The notes beneath the pieces are model-generated. The model worked only from the letters and a program-made list of their open reading frames with translations, was not told the DNA's origin and searched no databases. Source: Eledone cirrhosa (taxonomy: Eukaryota). From it: a stretch of 64,000 nt of DNA. The DNA is taken from NCBI GenBank assembly GCA_964016885.1, contig OZ024752.1, forward strand, positions 1,550,001 through 1,614,000, given 5' to 3'. Each line of letters starts with the position of its first letter. Position 1 is the stretch's first letter. Both the position numbers and the translations under genes were made by a program. This document shows positions 57,579-64,000 of this stretch, piece by piece.

Positions 57579-58258
57579 AATTAGTATATCTACTAACATA
57601 TATATACAGATGCATACCTATGCTAGCAAATATATAGGTTTTGTCTTAGTAACTTTGTGGTTCAATGCATGGGGATGCAGAACAATAATATGAAAGACGT
57701 AAAATAAGAACATTATAAAAGTTATAAAAATTAACTTACTTCCTAAATTTTCACTCCAACTAATTAGTTTCTGAAAGGGAATAAACATAGTTTCCGACGA
57801 AACGTACTGAGAAGCCTTTCGTCATCAGGGAAGTCTATTCTCAGCTAAGTTTCCAGGCAATGCGTGGACACAGGGAACTTATACACAAATAATTCAGTGG
57901 ATGGAAAAAAGCAAAGCGTGGACTAAGTTCCAAGCCATTGAAAAAATCACTGCCTACTGCGTCGGTGGCAAATTCAAGGCAAATTCAAAAGAATCAATCA
58001 CGTGACATCGAGGTTAATCAGTGAGGAGTGTTTTGTTAAGAAGACAGCAGCCGAACCGTTACTATGAACTATAGTAGCAGTTTTGGCCAATTTTTGCTCG
58101 ACAAAATAATTTGGAGATAATTATAAAGAATTAGTATATCTACTAACATATATATACAGATGCATACCTATGCCAGCAAATATATAGGTTTTGTCTTAGT
58201 AACTTTGCGGTTCAATGCATGGGGATGCAGAACAATAATATGAAAGACGTAAAATAAG
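57572..58258 (-). mobile_element. 550-bp-period terminally redundant element (family of 31256-31979, different permutation)
   Basis: 57572-57708 is repeated at 58122-58258; CTGATGA on - strand at 57822-57828. Confidence 0.85.
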
Positions 58259-58840
58259 TTTAGGCAATCGCTATTGCGTAATCTCTTTAGAATATTTATC
58301 CGCTTGCCAATACATAGTCCACAAGACGGATTGCCTGTTGCGTTTGGCTTGGACTTAGTGATAGCTTTCCATTGAATGGAATAGTCTATACTTGAGTACT
58401 TGAGGGACCGACCATACGTGGAAACGAGTTTTGTGGATGATCGTTTGTTCGGGTACCTAAAGGTCGACTGATGGTTCAGGAAGCGTTCCTTAAATCGGCC
58501 CTCCGCCATACCCACATAGGACTTGACCTCCTGTGATTGATTTGGTCGGTTGAAAGTGACCAAATCTTCATTAACTACGGCGGGTGAGTTGCATTGCTGT
58601 TGAAGGGGACAAGCTTCAGGCTTTCGGCAAGAGCACCCTGGTGGGGTATTGCTCTTAGGGCTGTTGGTGATGTGGGCCTTCATATTCGTAGCGCAGGAGT
58701 ACCCTAGTTTTACTTCGTGTCTGTTAAAGATGGAGCTGTATTTGTGACCTATGGGTAATTGTCTATCTAAGAGGGCTACAAATGTGTTTCCTACATTAGT
58801 TTTAACGTTGACTGAGAAGGGAGGAGAGAACCAGATTGTT
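58259..58840 (-). pseudogene. Penelope-like element C-terminal linker plus GIY-YIG endonuclease fragment
   Basis: WFSPPFSVNVKTNVG...IFNRHEVKLGYSC..NM...CSCR...CPL...C...YVGMAEGRFKERFLNH...CGLC; truncated at both ends. Confidence 0.85.
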
Positions 58841-58842
58841 TG

Positions 58843-58990
58843 TAAGAGAAGCAGAGGCCGGCAGCCAAAACGATGGCTTGATAATGTCCATTTATAGACT
58901 GGAATTGATCTTTTCTCTTTAAAGTCTGCTGTTAGAGAACGAACTTTGTGGAGAAAGATACAAGTCTGCAACTGGCGGAGTTTAGCGTAA
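58843..58990 (+). mobile_element. RTE-like LINE 3' end
   Basis: Matches 19963-20100 (RSRGRQPKRWLDNV plus tail). Confidence 0.75.
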
Positions 58991-59195
58991 ACGTATCTTG
59001 TTTACTTAAAGCGACATAACCTAATTATGATTTTTAAATCAAAGTCCTGATATTGTCACAGTTAGTGACTAAAATGAACGTTATTTACGTTCATATGAAT
59101 TTTATACACACATATAGCAAATAAAATAGACACTGTGATCAGTAGTGTATTGAAATGGAAATTCATTTCCTTTATTTTATTATCTTACAATAATA

Positions 59196-59282
59196 ATTGT
59201 TTCTACTTTTGGCACAAGGCCAGCAATTACTCAGTGTAGTACTGGTACTTTATTTTATCGACCCTGTAAGGATGAAAGGCAA
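59196..59282 (-). mobile_element. 5'-truncated SINE
   Basis: Reverse SINE tail; caataataat on both sides. Confidence 0.75.
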
Positions 59283-61166
59283 TAATAATATCAGGAAATA
59301 CATATTCATCTTAAACCTATGAAGATTTGAACTTTAAATGTGTAACGCCCTGGTAAACATAATACTTGATGCAGTAGAGTTCTGTCACAGAGATTTCATG
59401 TCATATAAATATTTAGATAATTAAGTTGTTTGATAAACATTATTTGTTACATCGCATTTAGTTCCAACCTACTGCTTTTCTTTTTCTTCGTTTTGCTGAT
59501 CAGGTCAGCCCGAGGCTTGTTCTTTCATGAAAGCAAGATTTCCTTTACGCTAACGTCGTTTCCCCATGTCTCGACTTGTCTCTATTTAGTATAACGATTG
59601 GTTCTTTCAATTTGTTTGAGACAGTTTCCCTCTATATTTATTTTGTATTTAGTTTCAGCTCTCATCTGAAATATATGTTTACCGTTTCACTTTTCTCTCT
59701 CTTGCAAGTTGGCTTATGTAATATAACGATTATATCATGTCGTGTTATTCGTCCGTGAATAGTTACTAATCTATTTTTCTTTGTCACTAGCCCATTGTCA
59801 TGTTGTTCGTTTTACGAACAATTGCTGTGAAAATTCCCGGGCTGTGAAGTAAGTCGAAATACTTTGGAAATTACATCTATATTTTAGAATAATCTTAACT
59901 CTGTAAACCATACGTTGCAATGTTACACTTGTCATTTATCTCATACATGTAAGTGTTAGATAATTGTTGTACAAGTGGTTGTCTCTCAATCATTTTAATT
60001 ATTCTAAAATATATTATCCGCATCCAAAACCCAACATAAGTACTTTTTATTATACTATTAACAATATAATCTATTACGAGACACATGATGACAGGTCTAT
60101 TCAAACGCGGTGGATCATCAAATGTACTGAAATATTTTCTGGCGTAGAATTCGGTTGATTGGGGGTTCAAATGGAGCCGTTTTCCGTATTGAAGGATTAT
60201 ATGTTATTCATTCTTGTTCGTGGGTCGTAACGGTCAACCATTTATTAAATCCAAATGTTAGTCCAGCAATTAAATGTAATACAATTCTTGAGTGTACAAC
60301 GTTTCATCTTATTTATCACAAAATCACAGACCCCAAATTGTAATAAATTATAGGGCACACCACGTTCCTTTTCCTCGTTTTATATATCTTGTTATTTAAG
60401 GTAGACATGGGGTTTAGTACCTTGCCAACTCGAAACACGAATGTATATGACCAAAGTTATTGAACATGCAGTCTTCCAACATATATTCAAATATGACTGC
60501 TATAGATAATATGTGTAATGACAAATAAGGCCTTATCAGTAGTTTGTTTCTATGTCTAAAGTCTCAGATATAGATCGACACCAAAGAAATATATGAGGAA
60601 ATGAGGTAATGCTAGTCATATTAAACTTTGATGATGTATAATAGGTAAATATACCCAATATTAGCAATTAATTAAAGATGCAAATTATATTCATATTATC
60701 TCCCTTTTCGTTCAGAAGCACTAAACTTTTGTTTCGTTATCTTTTCTCCTGTAAAGAGAGAAATTTCAATTAATTAAAACAAAAATCGCTCCATGTTTAG
60801 AATATTACCCATTAAATTATTTCAGTTCATATCATTGATCCAATTGAACTATACTTCTTAGCTAATTAAATATATTTTTATTATGTAATTCACTTATTTC
60901 TCAGCAATACTTTCTGTAGATGAGATTGGTGATAATAATTTTATTAGAGAAACAGGAGAAAATAATAGTTGAATCGTGAGATATTCTGAAATGTGTTGCC
61001 TTTAGCACATTGAATCTTCCAAACATTGGTATCATAGAAACTGTTGCATTCCAATTGCTGGATTAAAACAGTGAAAACAAAAATTACCCTATTAGAAACG
61101 CATATTATATAACTCAAGTATTACCAAGTATTGCCAGAATGAATGACAACTGGTTACACGCAATAT

Positions 61167-61440
<274 letters not shown>

Positions 61441-64000
61441 TTGAAAGCGAGTTAGGCACATATCACATATAGTTACAACATTTACAGTATACATATTTCG
61501 CATGAGAATACATATACCTCAGTGTAAATTCTATACTTAATATTGTGCTGTGAATTTACATTATACTAACCGTGATGAACGCCATGTTATCTTAATAGAA
61601 CTTAATATATCTAAAGTGTGTGAGATGATGTTAATCTAATGATATCTAAGTTTATATTAATCTCTGTAGTTGGATCCATATGCAGTATCTATTTATGTTT
61701 GCTCTTGTCCTAGCCAAGGTCTTCATTGCACGTTGGATTTTTTCTTATATGAACAACCATTACGAATTACAATTATATATCATCGAAGTGATACTTCACA
61801 CAATTTCAAGGCCTCGGGATTACTCATTCCTTTCCGTTTCATTTTCGTATTTCAGATACTTTATTTGCATATTTAAATCTTCAGGATGCGAACTAACGTA
61901 ATTTAGTTAAAGGGGAAATTTCGATAAATATAGGGTGCAATATTCCACGTTTGATGTGTTAAACGATAGTATTTGTAGAGACAAACGAAGGGGAAAGAGA
62001 ATACCAGGAGAATAAAGTTAATGAGGAGACGGATTGAAAGCAGTCTATACAGTGGATTACAAAATAATCAATGGGATGGTTACATTTCTTTTGAAGATAT
62101 ATATATATATATATTTGTAACAATAATAATTCAGGCAATTTGGGAATAAATATCATCCTACGTTGCTAAATATATCGATTGATTTCAGGTACCGATTTCC
62201 TACAAGGAAAATTTCAGATTATTGATAGTTATCTACATTAATATAACAACTCTATCCAGCAATTGCTTTTCTAACATATATTTTCCCACCCTCCGATATC
62301 CAAGGTCGGCAGTGCTCTCGATATTTAAGTGTGTCCATAAAGAATTCAAATTATTGAAGCATTCCTCCTATTTCCTATTACCTATGTAATCCCTTTTGTT
62401 GTAAATTGCAGAGGAAATAGAGGATATCTGCAATATTTTATGGCAGAGTACGTATATTGACAACAACTACGCTAGGACTTCGATAATTTCCTATTCTCTG
62501 GCAATCATTATGGCAGGATCTTAAAACCAAACACAACGACATCAATTCCGGCTCAAAGTAGCTTTATTGCTATTTAAATTCACCGAAAACTTGAAAACCT
62601 TATCAACATAACTCAGTTTAAACTATATGATACAATCTGTCAAGGGCATTAATTACGCCTAATTTCATAGAATGCACTTTGATACAGCCTGTCTTCATCT
62701 CATAGAACCGCTGGCAAATATAATACTGATTCATTAAATAGGAAGCTGTGTTAAATTTGATTGTTATTAATGTCTTCAAAGCAGGAGAAATGACCACTTA
62801 TTCAGTAAGTACTGCTATCTGGTGTGCATTAAATGTAATATATATGTACCATACCCGATATCAACTGAAAACGTTTCGAGCATTGGAACGTGTGACATTT
62901 GTTCTGCATTTGATTGTACCAACCTTTCAGATACAATAATATCAGCGTTATTCTAACACATGACATCATAGAAAATTAGATACATTAAATGAGAATCAAC
63001 GCAGTGGCTTGCATTGCTGCAGCTCTTCCAAATAACACCCTACTCACATAAGTATTAATAGAAGTGTTGAATAATATTGTTCCAGACACATTCACGTTGA
63101 AACAAAATTAGAAATAGTGTCAGCTTCAATCCCACTGACCTGGGGTAAAGCCAGCCAAAACAGAATGATCAATATGAAACATGACAATGAATATATAAAT
63201 TATTTATCTCAATATGGATTTCACTGAGCCTAATGACAACTGAAATATATCTACTAAATTATTAGATTCATTAAATAATTTATAAAAATAAATTAAAGAT
63301 TGCTTCCGATTGGTTTACACATGAAATGAGACACATGTTACGTGGGGCTCCTATTGACAATATATTTCTACACATAACAATACAACTTTAATATCTAAAA
63401 TAGATCTTTCTTAGCTACAGTAATACAAAGACAGAGGGATGAATTCGTAAGAGAAAAATAGAAAAATGAAAATTGATTTTATTGATAAGTAATCATAAGT
63501 AAAATGTTAGAAAAGCGACAAACCTGCCGACAAATTTCAGCATGAAGATTTCAATAGCATAATCCTTATTGATACATGACTTTCGAAATGCACTCATCAA
63601 TAACTATATGTTTGCACAGTTGAGTGTCGATTATCATGGTAAAAATCAATAATGCAATAATTAAATTACTTTGTATTATACAGAAATGTATGAAGAAATG
63701 TAGACTATACCATGTGTACAGTCTGAGAGGATAGACATTTATAAATGTAATAGTATTATTGATAATGTTATAATGTGCAGGAAAATGTATCTACAAAAAT
63801 TAGCTGGTAATATGTGCACACGTCGTATGCAGAAAACGCTATACCAGACAAAAGCGCAACCAATCTCGTGATTGGATTACATCTCCAGCTGAATACCCTA
63901 CTATGATGTCATGTACATGCTGCTTATAAACCCATTTTATGAATGGATTAAATATAATAAGATGTACGGATTTTGCATATGTTATCGGATACTTCGCTGC

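Noticed and set aside
58168-58971. 267-aa ORF as an intact gene
   Set aside because: Chimera of an antisense RTE tail, a PLE fragment and a non-coding repeat.

Overview
AT-rich, microsatellite-dense eukaryotic DNA. The SINE and repeat content suggests an invertebrate, probably a cephalopod mollusc (inference). No intact host gene is recognisable, and most long ORFs in the track are (TA)n/(CA)n artefacts. The window is largely decayed transposons: a ~5 kb Helitron RepHel pseudogene with an intact 3' end, a non-autonomous Helitron, a Tx1/L1-type LINE, Penelope-like (PLE) RT and GIY-YIG fragments, RTE and CRE-like LINE pieces, a Tc1/mariner fragment and about nine copies of a tRNA-derived SINE. 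The most striking feature is a set of unrelated, non-coding 0.3-0.9 kb elements inserted in (TA)n tracts. Most have a 5' inverted (snap-back) arm, several have a terminally redundant or tandem monomer (316, 467, ~520-550 bp), and most carry a type I hammerhead ribozyme motif (CUGANGA...GAAA-palindromic stem III-UH). One carries a U3-A8 covariant core, and one family occurs in two circular permutations. This points to a diverse population of retrozyme-like, possibly circRNA-derived, non-autonomous PLE parasites that target microsatellites. Coordinates were counted by eye and may be off by a few bases.
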